Shown in pieces: positions 15,797-26,584 of a stretch of DNA of 62,011 nt. The stretch is from a virus (taxonomy: Duplodnaviria > Caudoviricetes): IMG/VR virus record IMGVR_UViG_3300037484_001167, positions 1-62,011 of that record; one strand, given 5' to 3'. Each line of letters opens with the position of its first letter. The first letter of the stretch is position 1. The notes beneath the pieces were generated by a model. It saw only the letters and a program-made list of their open reading frames with translations. It did no database searches and was not told the DNA's origin. The translations under genes were made by a program, and so were the position numbers.

Positions 15797-16407
15797 ACCG
15801 TCGCTCCTTGCAGCGCTCGCGAGCCGATCACGCTTAGCTCCGCGAGCTTCAGCTCGTTCGCGACCGTCGCGTTGGCGAAGAACCGCAGCAGCTGGGACGC
15901 TCCGTTGGTCAGGCCGGCGAGCCCGAGGTTCGCGCGGAAGGCTATGGTCAGCGCGGCGAGGTTCGCGGTCGAGCCCTGTACAAGTCCCGAGATCGAGCCC
16001 GTTGTCGACGTGCGGCCCCTGAGGATCAACGTCATCAAGATGATGGTGCTAACGGCGGTCGTACTCAAGATCGTTGCGAGCGTCCCGCCCCCGAGCTGCA
16101 GCTTCGCCACCTTCGTCCCGGCCTGCGCCGAGGTCACCCAGAGAACCTCGAGAACGAGAGCTGCACCGGCGACCGAGAGGAATCCTGCTGGGATCGTGGT
16201 GTCGTAGGACGTGAGTGGCGTGTCGACCGGGCCCGCCCCGTTGCCCTGGCCGGTTCCGCCCCAGGCGAAGACCTTGATCCCGTGGCGCACCGAGCCGTCG
16301 TTGTCGATGTTCGTCTTCAGCAGGTCGAGGTTCGCCTTCAAGAAGCTGTTCATCATGGAGTGTGTCACGAGCTCCCCAGCGACCCACGTCTTCTCGCTCC
16401 AAGCCAT
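15793..16407 (-). CDS. Minor tail/fibre protein, paralog 2
   Basis: Shared WVAGELVT...LKTNIDNDG and GQGN motifs. Confidence 0.7.
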   Translation of the reverse strand: MAWSEKTWVAGELVTHSMMNSFLKANLDLLKTNIDNDGSVRHGIKVFAWGGTGQGNGAGPVDTPLTSYDTTIPAGFLSVAGAALVLEVLWVTSAQAGTKVAKLQLGGGTLATILSTTAVSTIILMTLILRGRTSTTGSISGLVQGSTANLAALTIAFRANLGLAGLTNGASQLLRFFANATVANELKLAELSVIGSRALQGATV

Positions 16408-16409
16408 AG

Positions 16410-17030
16410 CTACACCAGTGCCCCGACCGTGCCCCGCAGGGAGTCCACGATGTAGTCGGTCATGAAGATGTCGTTCGCGTTCGCGGCGGCGAGGAAGACC
16501 TTGAGCGTCTGTGCCACCGTCCAGTCGACGGCCCCGAGCGCAGCCGCCGAGAAGATGGCGTTAGCGATGGCACCGAGGTGCGCACCGGTGTCGGTCTGGC
16601 CTTGCAACGATCCTGTCGTCACTAGACGCCGTCTCAATTCGATCCGCATGTAGATGATGGAGGGAGTCACCACGTTGACCGTGAACAGCGTGATCAGCGT
16701 TCCGCCCCCGACCTGCATCTTGCAAGTTCGGTTACCGGCTACGCCCGAGTTCGCCAGCGTGGCTCGCACGACGAGACAGTCACCAGGCTGGTCCATGTGG
16801 TTCGCGGGGATCACCACGTCGTACGACGTCAGTTGAGTATCGCCGCCGCCTCCTGCATTACCCTGGCCCGCGCTGAAGCCAAACGACTGCAGGCCGGTGT
16901 AGAACGCACCTGCGTCGTCGATGTTCGTCTTGAGGAGGTAGGTCACGTCGCGGACGTGCGCGTTGAACAGCGAGGCGGTGACTAGTTCGCCGTCCACCCA
17001 CGTCCGCGGTCCTCCCGACGGCCAGGCCAT
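16410..17030 (-). CDS. Minor tail/fibre protein, paralog 1
   Basis: Shared PRTWVDGELVTA...LKTNIDDAG, FGFSAGQGN, LTSYDVVIPA motifs. Confidence 0.7.
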   Translation of the reverse strand: MAWPSGGPRTWVDGELVTASLFNAHVRDVTYLLKTNIDDAGAFYTGLQSFGFSAGQGNAGGGGDTQLTSYDVVIPANHMDQPGDCLVVRATLANSGVAGNRTCKMQVGGGTLITLFTVNVVTPSIIYMRIELRRRLVTTGSLQGQTDTGAHLGAIANAIFSAAALGAVDWTVAQTLKVFLAAANANDIFMTDYIVDSLRGTVGALV

Positions 17031-17494
17031 CAGCTACCTCACACGGTGCAGGTTCGTCGGAACGATCTGCGGTGGCGCGATACGCCCCGCGAGTACCGCC
17101 TCGCAGACGAAGCACAGCTTGACGTACGCGTCGACCGCGAGGGGCATCCCAGGCGTGTTGCACCAGGCGCACGTTTCGTCCCGCGTCGGCTCCAACCAGC
17201 GCTGTCGTCCCTCGCGGTAGGGCCGCAGGAACTCACCGCGGTTCGTCGCACGCTCCACGAGCTCGAGATCCTCGACCATCGGGACTTGCCCACACCCTTC
17301 GCAGAGCGGCGGTGCTCCCAGGTCGGGCGCGCGCCCGTCCGAATGCACGACATACTCGGGCCTCGGCGGCCGCCCCGGCCTGAAGTCGCCGACGAGAGCG
17401 GCCCGCTGGTACCAGGCGCGGTGCGGCCCGTGCATCACGAGCCACGGCGCGTCCGATGACGTCGGCGTGTCTATTTCAAGCACGACTCCCTCCT

Positions 17495-20400
17495 TTAGCT
17501 CCCGCCGCCGAAGCCGAGGACCGTCGTCACACCCAGCTCGCTGCGACCCGGCACTCCGAGGATCCAATAGTCGGTCGCGTCGGCGGGTGCGAGCTCCCAC
17601 ATCACGACGATCTTCCGCTCCTGTGTTACGACCATCCTGATCGACTGGATGAAGTACTCGACCGCGACGAGACCCGAGGTGCTCTCGGTGACGCTGATAC
17701 GGTCTCCGATCTCTCGCGCCAGTGCGTGCATCGCAGCTTGCGAGTCAGTATCCGCGAAGAACGAGACGCTCGGGACACGCGTGAACGGATCCTTGTTCTT
17801 CGAGACGACGAACGACACCGCGTCGAAGCCCAGCGTCGCATCGACTTGGTACGGCATGTCGAAGGTTTCAGCCTGCTCTCCGAACTCCTCGACGCTGTCC
17901 ACGTCCTTCACGTCGGCTACGATGGGCTCGAACGAGTACAGACCCTTGCCGCGCAGCTCGAACTTCGTCAGCGTGCCATCCTTCGGCCCGTTGTTCTTGA
18001 TCCGCACCTTCGTCGAGTTCGCGCCGAAGTCGCCGGCCACTGCCGGAGATAGGACGTCCAGCTGGCCGGTCGCCACGAGGCCGTCCGTTGTAGTAAACAC
18101 GTAGTCCGTTCCGGCGACGGGCACGACCATCGAGTCACCGCCAATGCGCACGTACCGGCCGTTGCTCGGATCGCGATACTGTGCGTCAAACTCGATCGTC
18201 ACACCTCGCGGAATCGACTGCGTCGTGCTACCCAGCGAGAACAAGGTGTGGGTCGCGGCGGCGTCCACGCGCCGCGGGTGCAGCGTCGCGACCGCGCGGT
18301 TCGTAACGTTGTCCATGCCGTAGACTGGGTCCAGGCCGAAGAACCTCGAGGTGTCCCACATGACGGGACTTCCGAGGTTCCGGTGGAACCGGTTCTCGAA
18401 GTACAGCTCGCCGCCCAGCACGTCGTCGCCCCGCACGTAGCCCGCGCCCAGCTCCGACATCACGACTCGGTTGAACTCCGCGAGCGCGCCCATACGCTCG
18501 TCCTGCGTGTTGTCGAAGGCGAACGGGTAAACGTCGCTGCCCCTCTCAAAGAACCAGTTCTCCGGGAGTCGCGGGACGTAAAGCAGGATCTTGCCAAGCA
18601 CGTCGTCTGCGCGCACATTAGTCTGCACCGCGATCCTCGGCACGGTCGTGCGATTCAGCTCGTCCATGTAGTCGGCGCCGGCGATGGGTGCTCCGTAGTC
18701 CTCCTTGCCGGCAATCGGATGAACGTCGGTCAGCCGCCCGCGCCACTTGTAGTACGTCGTACCGTAGAAGGTAAAGGGTGTCCGCAGTGGAACGCCGAGT
18801 CGCCAGCCCGCACGGTGCGACGGATGGTTCGGTGAGTAGTAGCCGATGGTTGATGCGCTGTTGTCCTCGGAGTTTCGCATCACCAACGAGAGCTTGCCGC
18901 CCGCCGCTACACGATCGGAGAAGCGGCTGCCGCTGATACCATACCCTAGACCGATCGGGTCGGCGCGAACGTCCCCGGTCACGTCAAGCCAGACCGGCTG
19001 CTTGTCGCCTGTCGCCGGGTACGTCGTGCCGTACTTATTCGAGAGGTAAGCGAATACGTGTGCCCGCTGCGAGTCGTTCATCACGTAGTCGTAGACGATG
19101 ACCTCGGCGATGTAACCCTTGAGGTACTCGACCAACGTGTCCTGCCCGCCGATGGACAGGACGCCATTGTGCCCGGTCGACGCGCCCGTCGCCGTGCTCG
19201 CGTAGACCGCAGCCTCGATCCGGTCGACGGCACCGTACACCTTCGCGTCGAGCATCACGCTGCCGGCAATGTCGTGCATCCAGACGTACACGTTCGACAG
19301 ACCCATCCCACCCAGGCCGTAGATTGCAGTGTCCGTGCTCCCGTCGAAGTTCACAGCCTGATAGAAGGCGCCGAGGATGTCCTGGTCATCCACGTACATC
19401 CCGGTTGGGTAGACGCCTCCGCCTCCTCCGGGCGCGCAGAGAAGAACCATGTGCGCGGCGAACCCGAAGCTCGTGGGCTTGGCGACGACGAAGACGGTGC
19501 CTCGACCGTCCTTGCCGAGCAGCGTGTCGAGGTTGACGCTCGTCGCGAGAAGGTCACTCGTGCCGTCGAACAGCACGGCAGGTTGTGTCCCGAAGATGTT
19601 CACCTTGTAGGCGGGCCGCTTTGCGGCGTTCGCTTGAGCTACGTCGTTCCCGTACCCCGATGCGTCGGGCCACGTAGCGACCGCGGCCCCGTCCGCGAGC
19701 GCCAGGTCGTCAGCTCGCAGCCACAGCCTCGGTCCTGGCATCGGCGCAGTCTGTGCCCACGCCTTCGAGAGGTGGACGGAATTGTCGTGCTGGATCTCGG
19801 TCGTCGGCAGCTTCGCCTCGACGCGGTACGTGATCACCGCGTCACCTAGCGCGTAGTCGATGCCCGACTTGTAGGCCAGCGCGTACTTGTTCGTGAGATA
19901 CAGCTGGACGCCGCGACGCTGAGCCTGAGTCAGTACCGTCGGAAAGATGATGACCTCATAAATGTCGCCGAACCAAGCGTTAACCGCTGGGCTGCCATTC
20001 CCGCGGGCGCCTACGATAATTGGATTGGCGAGCCCGGCGTCAACAGCCCCTGCTGCCGAGGTAAGCCCAGCGTCATCCAGATTGTCCTTCCCGACGCGCA
20101 CGTAGTGAGAGCTACCAACCTTGTCGTGTTGCCAGAAGTAAACACTGTGGCCGTTCAGCGGCTCCGAGTTCAACGTTCGTCCGAAGAGTCGACCGTTGAG
20201 CCGCAGCCTAGCAAAATCGCCCGCGCCCACCGCATCGATGACGCTATCCAGCGTTTCATACGGGTGGAAGGCATCGAGGCCGTAGTTCAAACCGAAGTAC
20301 GTGCCGCCGACTACGTCCACGCCCCACATCACGTCGAGCGAATCAGGTACCGAATCGATGTCCGAGCGCACCGCGACGACGAAGATCGTACCGATGCCCT

Positions 20401-20656
20401 CCGCACCGAGGAAGACGGAGGCGTTCACAGCACTGGTGAAGTAGTCGTTCGAGCCGTCGAACCGCAGGAAGGACTTGCCGTTACGGCCGTGCCGGTAGTA
20501 GAGCGGCTGGCGTGCTGCAGTACCCTGCGCGAGCGTCCGCCCGTTGCCCGAGGAGTCGGTCCACGAAGCCACGCCCGTACCATCGTTCTGCGTCAGCGAA
20601 TCAGCACGGTACCAGCCGCTCGGCGACAGCGTCAGCGGATCGATGATGAGGCTCAC
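17495..20656 (-). CDS. Large tail protein with two LamG/concanavalin-like domains and hub-like C-terminus
   Basis: Repeated W.RAD..L.DG..VA.W.D.SG.G...Q....RP....FDG..D modules; directly follows tape measure. Confidence 0.8.
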   Translation of the reverse strand: MSLIIDPLTLSPSGWYRADSLTQNDGTGVASWTDSSGNGRTLAQGTAARQPLYYRHGRNGKSFLRFDGSNDYFTSAVNASVFLGAEGIGTIFVVAVRSDIDSVPDSLDVMWGVDVVGGTYFGLNYGLDAFHPYETLDSVIDAVGAGDFARLRLNGRLFGRTLNSEPLNGHSVYFWQHDKVGSSHYVRVGKDNLDDAGLTSAAGAVDAGLANPIIVGARGNGSPAVNAWFGDIYEVIIFPTVLTQAQRRGVQLYLTNKYALAYKSGIDYALGDAVITYRVEAKLPTTEIQHDNSVHLSKAWAQTAPMPGPRLWLRADDLALADGAAVATWPDASGYGNDVAQANAAKRPAYKVNIFGTQPAVLFDGTSDLLATSVNLDTLLGKDGRGTVFVVAKPTSFGFAAHMVLLCAPGGGGGVYPTGMYVDDQDILGAFYQAVNFDGSTDTAIYGLGGMGLSNVYVWMHDIAGSVMLDAKVYGAVDRIEAAVYASTATGASTGHNGVLSIGGQDTLVEYLKGYIAEVIVYDYVMNDSQRAHVFAYLSNKYGTTYPATGDKQPVWLDVTGDVRADPIGLGYGISGSRFSDRVAAGGKLSLVMRNSEDNSASTIGYYSPNHPSHRAGWRLGVPLRTPFTFYGTTYYKWRGRLTDVHPIAGKEDYGAPIAGADYMDELNRTTVPRIAVQTNVRADDVLGKILLYVPRLPENWFFERGSDVYPFAFDNTQDERMGALAEFNRVVMSELGAGYVRGDDVLGGELYFENRFHRNLGSPVMWDTSRFFGLDPVYGMDNVTNRAVATLHPRRVDAAATHTLFSLGSTTQSIPRGVTIEFDAQYRDPSNGRYVRIGGDSMVVPVAGTDYVFTTTDGLVATGQLDVLSPAVAGDFGANSTKVRIKNNGPKDGTLTKFELRGKGLYSFEPIVADVKDVDSVEEFGEQAETFDMPYQVDATLGFDAVSFVVSKNKDPFTRVPSVSFFADTDSQAAMHALAREIGDRISVTESTSGLVAVEYFIQSIRMVVTQERKIVVMWELAPADATDYWILGVPGRSELGVTTVLGFGGGS

Positions 20657-23600
20657 TTAGTTGGGCCTCAGCGCGCTGGCCGCGCGCATCGCACGCATCA
20701 TCTCGTTGGGCAGGAACAACTTCAGACTCTCGATAGCTGCTACGATGGCGGCCGAGTCGCTCCCGCCTGCACCAGCGCGAATCGCCGCGAGCTGATCCAG
20801 CGGCATGACGACCTCCGGTCCAGCCTCGCCGACCACCGCGAGCGTAGGAGACGTCACCACGTCGCCTACAGCCATTTCCTCGGGCGGACCTCCAGGATGC
20901 GGTGGGTGCTCGTCCTGCTGACCCTCGGTTCTATTGTGTTGCGTGACGTCGTAGTCCACGTCCGGGATCCCGAGGAGCGCGTTCACGAGTGACGTGATCT
21001 TCTCGATCAGCGAGTCGAACATCTCCTCTTGCGTCTTCCCGAAGCTCAGCGCCTGATACTCGGCCTCGGTGAACGCTCGACCGTCCTCGTGCAGGAGCTT
21101 GCCCGCCTTGAACATCGCGTCGAGCGATGGACGCAGCGCCTCGGGGATCGTCGCGCCTGCGGCTATCGCCGTGTTCACGAAGTCGTTCATCGACGGGCCC
21201 ATCTTGTCGATGAGCGTGTTGATGTCGACGCCGACGCCAGCGAGGAGCTGCCAATCCTGGATCAGCGTCGCCGCTTGCTCGTTCAGCTTCTGCTGCGCGA
21301 ACTTGGGGCCCAGCTCCTCGATGCTGATACCGTAGCGGTCCATCGCTTCGTTCAGCGCGTCGCTGGCCTGCTGCCAGAGGTCCATCTTGCCCTTGACCTC
21401 GTCTACGGCAGCTTGGTACTCCTCTACCGTCTTCGCGTCCCAGATGGCCTGCAGCGATACGCCGGCCTCGGCGGCCCTGATTGTAAGCTCAGTCAGGTCC
21501 TTCGCGCTTACCTCCTGGAGGAGGTCGTCAAAGGCATCCATCTTCGCGTTCGCCTCCTCGACGGCCTTCTTCATCGCGTTGACGTTCTTCGTTCCCTTGT
21601 TCTTGAAGACGGCTTCGAGGCTTACGCCAGCCTGCTCAGCCTTGTCCTTGAGCTTTTCCATCCCTCCGGCAGACTTCACGAACTCGTCGTAGAGCTTCGT
21701 GACCTCAGCCTTCATCTTCTTGCCAGCGGAGATGAAGCCCATGATCCCACCGACGGCCGCTCCGATGCCCGCGCCGATCGGTCCGAAGGTCGCGCCCATC
21801 TTCATGCCAGCGGCCGCGCCCTGGAGTGCCGCACCTGCCTGCGCGATGGTAGCGTTCGTGCTCTTCGCAAGCGCCGAGCCGAGCATCGTCGCAGCAGCCG
21901 CGGCGAGGCCGATCTGCGCGACGAACTTCTCGTCGGAGAACTCCTCCTGGCTGATCTTCCCCGCGGCGAGGGCCGTCCCCAGGTCCTTCAGGCGTGTGTC
22001 GTAGTTGGATGCAGCTTGTGCTCCTGCGGCAAGAACATCAGCGATCTCGCCCAACGTCCCGCCGATGCTCGCGAGGAGCGTCAGACCCTCGGCAACGCGG
22101 GCGAACTTCTCAGCCCACGACTCGGTCTCCTGCACGACCTTACCGGTGTCGATGCCGACCTTCTTCAGGAGCTCGTCGTACTGAGCCCCGCTGATCAGAC
22201 CGCGGGCGTAGAGCTGATCGATCGCCGCCTTCTGAACGTCGGTGGCCTTCGTCTGTTCGTCGAGATCCTTCTTGATGTTCTCCGCCGCCTCCCCCACCTG
22301 CTGCTCGAAGGTTTTGTAACTAGTCGACGAACCATCGACGTACTCGTTGAACTGTCGCGTCGAGGTCGAGAGCACTTGCACACCCTCGTTGCCCTTCGTC
22401 CAGGCCTCCTTCAGGCTGTCAGCGGCAGCGCGCCCTACCGGGCCCAGCTTCGCGAACTCCTCGGTGAACCTCTTCAGCTCGTCCAGTGAGAGCTTCGTCG
22501 CCCCGCCGACCGCGGTGATGGCTCCCTGGAGGTCTCCCACCCCCTCCTGCTGCACCTTCACCTGACCCGCGTCCGTCAACGCCTTCGTCAACGACTTGAC
22601 TGCCTCGACGTGACGCTCCGTCTCCTTCGTCGCGGCCTGAGAGCCCTTCTCCTGAGCTTCGTAGAGCGCGACGATCCGCGCCGCGAACTGCGGATCAGCC
22701 ACCTGTTCTCCGTAGAGCTCCGTTGCCTTCTGGAGGAGGTCGGTGGCCTGAGTCGTCTTCAGCTTCGCCGCGATGTCGGCGTCCGTGGCCGCGGTTACCG
22801 TCTTCGTCGCGTCGCCGAGCTTCGCCTGAGCTCCCGTCACGGCTACGACAGCTCCAGTACTACCCTCGAGAGCCCCCTTCAACTTCTTCTGCGTCGCAAC
22901 GAACTCATCGTAGACCTTCCGTTGCTCCGCCGTCATGTTACTCGTTGCCCGCGTGCCCTTCTCGAGCTGGGCGTTCGAGCCCATGAAGAACTGGCGCACG
23001 GCCGAGAACGCCTGGTCGATGTACTTCGCGAGCCCTGCCCACTCGAGCCCCATACGGATAATCGAGCCGACCGCGAAGCCAACCGCGAACGCGGCGGCGA
23101 TCTTCGTGAGGACCATCAGCGCACCGCCGGCCGAAATCATCAGTGCGTTGAAGCCTCCCCCCATCAGCCAGATACGAGCCGTGAGGACGGGAACTGAGTT
23201 GCCCAACGCAAAAGTCGCGGCCTGCACCGCGACGAAGCCCTTCACCAGGGTTCCTGCCACACCTACGAGGGTTCCAACTGCGTAAATCGCCGGACCGAGT
23301 ACCGCCACGAATGCTCCGAGCCCGATCGTGACATCCTTCACCGGCTGCGGGAGCTCCGAGAACCCCTTGATGAGGTCGCGTATGCCGTCGATGACCCCGG
23401 TGAGCTGCGGCTTCAGGTCGACGAACGCCTTCGACAGCTCGTCGCCGATGGCTCGTGCTAGTCCTGCGGCCTCGTGCTTCAGGCGGTCCCACTCGAAGGC
23501 AGCCTCCCCGATCCCTGTCGTCTGTTCCCCGAAGGCTTCCTTCGAAGAGCCTGCCGCCCCTCCCATTGCAATCAGCTTTTCCTCGAAGGACTTTGCCTGC

Positions 23601-24463
23601 GCACCGCTCAAAGCGAAGACTGCCGGCAACGCGCGCACGTTGTTGAAGAGCTTGCCGACCGCTTCCACGCTTCCGTCAGTCGTGCCGATCAGCTTCTGCA
23701 TCGCACCGACGAGGCCGAGCTGGGAGATCATCGCTTCGACGCCGGAGAACTCGAGCCTTGCGATGGCTGCCGCCATGTCATCGCTGGGCTTCATCATGTC
23801 GGACATAACCGACTTGAGCTGCGTTGAGACCTCTGCTGCGTCGCCCGTGACGCCGGTCAGCGTGGCGAAGCCCGCGAAGAGCTCCTCCTGCGAGACGTTC
23901 AGAGACTTTGCGATGGGCACGACGGCGCCCATGGACGCCGCGAGCTCGGGGAACGTCGTAAGGCCCAGCTTGACGGTCATGAACGCGAGGTCCGCAGTCT
24001 TCTCGGCAGCCTCGCTTGTGATGTCCCCGTAGCCCTTCGTCACGAGTGCGAGCAGGTCGACGGCGTCCCTCGTCGTCGAGAGACCTGCGGCACCTGCCTT
24101 CGCCGCAACCTCGAGGAACTTGATCTGATCGGAGGCTGCAACTCCCGCGGACACGACTTGGTAGAGCCCCTCCGCGATGTCGACGCTGCCCTTACCTGTG
24201 GCGTGCGCCGTTTCGGTCACTGCGTCCTTCAGCTCGTAGATCCTCGCTGTACTGTTCGGCATTAGGGTCGCGACGTTTGCCATCGCCCTGTTGAGGTCAT
24301 TCGCCATCTTGAAACCGGCGACGCCGACTCCACCGATGGCAGCTGACAGCGGGAGCAGGCCCTTCCCGAAGTCCTTCAGCTTCGAAGAAGTCTCACCGAG
24401 CTTCTTCGACAACTTGTCGTCGAGCGACAGCGTGAGGATCAGGTCGCCGAGGCTGACTGCCAT
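20657..24463 (-). CDS. Tape measure protein (TP901-type)
   Basis: 1268 aa Ala/Gly-rich helical protein; AEGLYQVVSAG, TVKLGLTTFPELA; position after tail chaperones. Confidence 0.92.
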   Translation of the reverse strand: MAVSLGDLILTLSLDDKLSKKLGETSSKLKDFGKGLLPLSAAIGGVGVAGFKMANDLNRAMANVATLMPNSTARIYELKDAVTETAHATGKGSVDIAEGLYQVVSAGVAASDQIKFLEVAAKAGAAGLSTTRDAVDLLALVTKGYGDITSEAAEKTADLAFMTVKLGLTTFPELAASMGAVVPIAKSLNVSQEELFAGFATLTGVTGDAAEVSTQLKSVMSDMMKPSDDMAAAIARLEFSGVEAMISQLGLVGAMQKLIGTTDGSVEAVGKLFNNVRALPAVFALSGAQAKSFEEKLIAMGGAAGSSKEAFGEQTTGIGEAAFEWDRLKHEAAGLARAIGDELSKAFVDLKPQLTGVIDGIRDLIKGFSELPQPVKDVTIGLGAFVAVLGPAIYAVGTLVGVAGTLVKGFVAVQAATFALGNSVPVLTARIWLMGGGFNALMISAGGALMVLTKIAAAFAVGFAVGSIIRMGLEWAGLAKYIDQAFSAVRQFFMGSNAQLEKGTRATSNMTAEQRKVYDEFVATQKKLKGALEGSTGAVVAVTGAQAKLGDATKTVTAATDADIAAKLKTTQATDLLQKATELYGEQVADPQFAARIVALYEAQEKGSQAATKETERHVEAVKSLTKALTDAGQVKVQQEGVGDLQGAITAVGGATKLSLDELKRFTEEFAKLGPVGRAAADSLKEAWTKGNEGVQVLSTSTRQFNEYVDGSSTSYKTFEQQVGEAAENIKKDLDEQTKATDVQKAAIDQLYARGLISGAQYDELLKKVGIDTGKVVQETESWAEKFARVAEGLTLLASIGGTLGEIADVLAAGAQAASNYDTRLKDLGTALAAGKISQEEFSDEKFVAQIGLAAAAATMLGSALAKSTNATIAQAGAALQGAAAGMKMGATFGPIGAGIGAAVGGIMGFISAGKKMKAEVTKLYDEFVKSAGGMEKLKDKAEQAGVSLEAVFKNKGTKNVNAMKKAVEEANAKMDAFDDLLQEVSAKDLTELTIRAAEAGVSLQAIWDAKTVEEYQAAVDEVKGKMDLWQQASDALNEAMDRYGISIEELGPKFAQQKLNEQAATLIQDWQLLAGVGVDINTLIDKMGPSMNDFVNTAIAAGATIPEALRPSLDAMFKAGKLLHEDGRAFTEAEYQALSFGKTQEEMFDSLIEKITSLVNALLGIPDVDYDVTQHNRTEGQQDEHPPHPGGPPEEMAVGDVVTSPTLAVVGEAGPEVVMPLDQLAAIRAGAGGSDSAAIVAAIESLKLFLPNEMMRAMRAASALRPN

Positions 24464-24464
24464 T

Positions 24465-24830
24465 CTACTTCCCCTTCCCCTTCCCCTTCCTCACAGACTT
24501 CCGACCTGGACTCCGTTCCCACGGCCCGCTAGCGGTCATCATGCGTGCAACTCCCTGCATCACGCGCCAGTCTGTACGTGCACCGGAACCTGTACTCGGG
24601 AAGAAGAGATCGCCGACCGGCGGGGGAATGCACTCATCGATGCGGATCCGTGTCGGTCTCGTTGCAGTGTTCCGATAAACGTTCGAGAGCAGCTGAAGGA
24701 GTCGTCCCAGCTGTTGGTCCCGCCGATCCTCCCCGAAGGGCTCAAGTCCGTAGAACACCTCCCATTCCTGAAACTGCTTTGCGGTCATCGTGCGGAGCAT
24801 CGCATCGACGTTACTCCACCCGAGCTTCAA
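24465..24830 (-). CDS. Tail assembly chaperone, frameshift extension (gpT-like)
   Basis: LGWSNVDAML..MTAKQFQEW..FYGLEPFGE; open in -1 frame from the slippery site. Confidence 0.8.
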   Translation of the reverse strand: MKLGWSNVDAMLRTMTAKQFQEWEVFYGLEPFGEDRRDQQLGRLLQLLSNVYRNTATRPTRIRIDECIPPPVGDLFFPSTGSGARTDWRVMQGVARMMTASGPWERSPGRKSVRKGKGKGK

Positions 24831-24868
24831 GGCGAGGCGGTAGGCAAAGCGCCGCTTACCGCCTCGCT

Positions 24869-25219
24869 TCAGGCGTTTTTTGCGGTCTCCTTCGACTCCT
24901 CCGTCAGCCCGTTCAGCTTCATGGCGACATTCTGCGCCCGCAGCAACGCCTTCATGCTCTTCTGCTTGAGCACGTCGATGTCAGCGTCCGCGAAGATGCG
25001 GTTGCCGTCCTCGTCGACGGCGCACCGCGCGACGAGCCGTGCCGCCCCCGACTTGTCCCCTTCCTTGATCGACTCGCTGAACTCGACGGCCTCCTCCCCG
25101 GTCAGAGCCTTCAGGCGGATCGCACCACCCCACTCCGGGATGTCGACGACGACCGTCTCCACGTCCTGCACCTCGCGGATCTCCGCAGCGGTCAGGAACT
25201 TCTTTCCGTTGGTCTCCAC
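24869..25219 (-). CDS. Tail assembly chaperone (gpG-like)
   Basis: VDIPEWGG.IRLKALTG, VDEDGNRIF; GTG after GGAGG. Confidence 0.85.
   Translation of the reverse strand: METNGKKFLTAAEIREVQDVETVVVDIPEWGGAIRLKALTGEEAVEFSESIKEGDKSGAARLVARCAVDEDGNRIFADADIDVLKQKSMKALLRAQNVAMKLNGLTEESKETAKNA
24875..24881 (-). promoter_or_regulatory. -1 programmed ribosomal frameshift slippery site A AAA AAC
   Basis: X XXY YYZ heptamer just before the gpG stop; -1 frame reads KRLKRGGKRRFAYRLALKLGW into the next ORF. Confidence 0.8.
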
Positions 25220-25297
25220 AGTATCCCTCCCTCTCGGGCCTCGCCCCGAGATGGTTCTTCGAACTTCCCTACGTTCCAAGCTTCGCTCTGCAGAGGC

Positions 25298-25723
25298 CTA
25301 AACGAAGCTCATCAGGCCGGTGGGCCGGATCGTGACGTCCGCGACGAGCCCGTCGTCGACCGGGGCCGAGGGCCCGACGTTCGTGACGTACCCGGAGAAC
25401 AGCCACTGCTTGAGATCCGGGAACGTCACTCGGTAGATGTCCCTGCTCCCGTCGCGCCACGCCTTGATGAGGCCCGTCGACTCGTCGTGCGTCGCGTCCG
25501 CTGCGGGCGTGAAGCCGATCTGGAAGCTCATCTCCCCCTTGCGTCGGATCCCGACGACGAACGACTCCTCGTCCTCGTTGTGGGACGTCGTCTCGATGGC
25601 GTTCCGCATGAGCGGTGGGGGCGTGATGTTCCGGAGCTCGCCGATCGTGGTGAACACACCTGGGGTGGCGGCGGGCGCCCGTGCGATCAACGTTCCCTGC
25701 GCCGAGATTGCCTGAGGCGGCAT
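25298..25723 (-). CDS. Major tail tube protein
   Basis: IETTSH...FVVGIRRKGEMSF...FSGYVT...VTIRPTG. Confidence 0.85.
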   Translation of the reverse strand: MPPQAISAQGTLIARAPAATPGVFTTIGELRNITPPPLMRNAIETTSHNEDEESFVVGIRRKGEMSFQIGFTPAADATHDESTGLIKAWRDGSRDIYRVTFPDLKQWLFSGYVTNVGPSAPVDDGLVADVTIRPTGLMSFV

Positions 25724-25739
25724 GTGGTCTCCTTTCCTC

Positions 25740-26150
25740 CTACGGTGTAACCGTCTGGTTCACGACTTTGGCCAATGCGTCGTAGGCCGCAAAAGCCATA
25801 GCCCTTGCTTGCGCGTTTACGGCGCCCCGTACCACGATCAACGCGGTGGGGCGGAAGTAAGCCGGTGCTGCTTGGTTCTGAATCCTGATCGGGCCCGTTC
25901 CTCCCGTCGATATGATCGATAGGTAAGGCCCGTCCCCTTGTGGGATCGCTGCTTTGGACGAACCGAAGATGTCGATGTTGAAGACGCCTACGGAGTCGTC
26001 TTCGAGAATCCTAACGAGCTCCTCGATGAACAGCTCCGACGCCGTCTTCGTGGCCATCACGTTGAACTGCCACTTCATGCGGTTTCGTTCATCGACTCCA
26101 AGGTCGTACGGCTCGGACTGGAGCATGGTGATCTGGAGATAGCGTGCCAC
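25740..26150 (-). CDS. Tail terminator/completion protein
   Basis: Synteny; TGGTGP...RP...IVVRG. Confidence 0.6.
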   Translation of the reverse strand: MARYLQITMLQSEPYDLGVDERNRMKWQFNVMATKTASELFIEELVRILEDDSVGVFNIDIFGSSKAAIPQGDGPYLSIISTGGTGPIRIQNQAAPAYFRPTALIVVRGAVNAQARAMAFAAYDALAKVVNQTVTP

Positions 26151-26152
26151 TG

Positions 26153-26584
26153 TTACCCCTTCGCCCGGCGTTCGACCTCCGATCGCGCGTCCTCCGCAAC
26201 GTCCCGCGCGATGTTGGGGATCTCCTTGAAGACCGGACGCTCGAGGTACTTGGCCTGCCCGACCTCGTGCGAGTAGTCCTCGTTCTCGTGCTGAACGGTT
26301 GCGTAGCCGACCGCCTCGCGGTTCGTTAGCCCCACGTTCCCGATTCCGGCCGGACCTCCGTAGCCCATGGTAACCATACGCTTGCTCTTATCTGCGACAA
26401 CGTGACCTGAGGCGCGGAGGTGTCCTTTATCGACCGGGCAGTAGTTCTCTTTGGAGTCCGTCATCATGAACTCGGCCTTACGGTACAGAGCCGGGAGGAC
26501 AACGTCAGCACCCAGCTCCTTCCCAAGCTTCCGGAGATTCGCGTTGACTTCGGCGAGCCCCTTAACCTTGACCTCGAGAGCCAT
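26153..26584 (-). CDS. HK97 gp10-like neck protein
   Basis: CPVDKGHLRAS, YATVQHE, GQAKYLERP. Confidence 0.8.
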   Translation of the reverse strand: MALEVKVKGLAEVNANLRKLGKELGADVVLPALYRKAEFMMTDSKENYCPVDKGHLRASGHVVADKSKRMVTMGYGGPAGIGNVGLTNREAVGYATVQHENEDYSHEVGQAKYLERPVFKEIPNIARDVAEDARSEVERRAKG

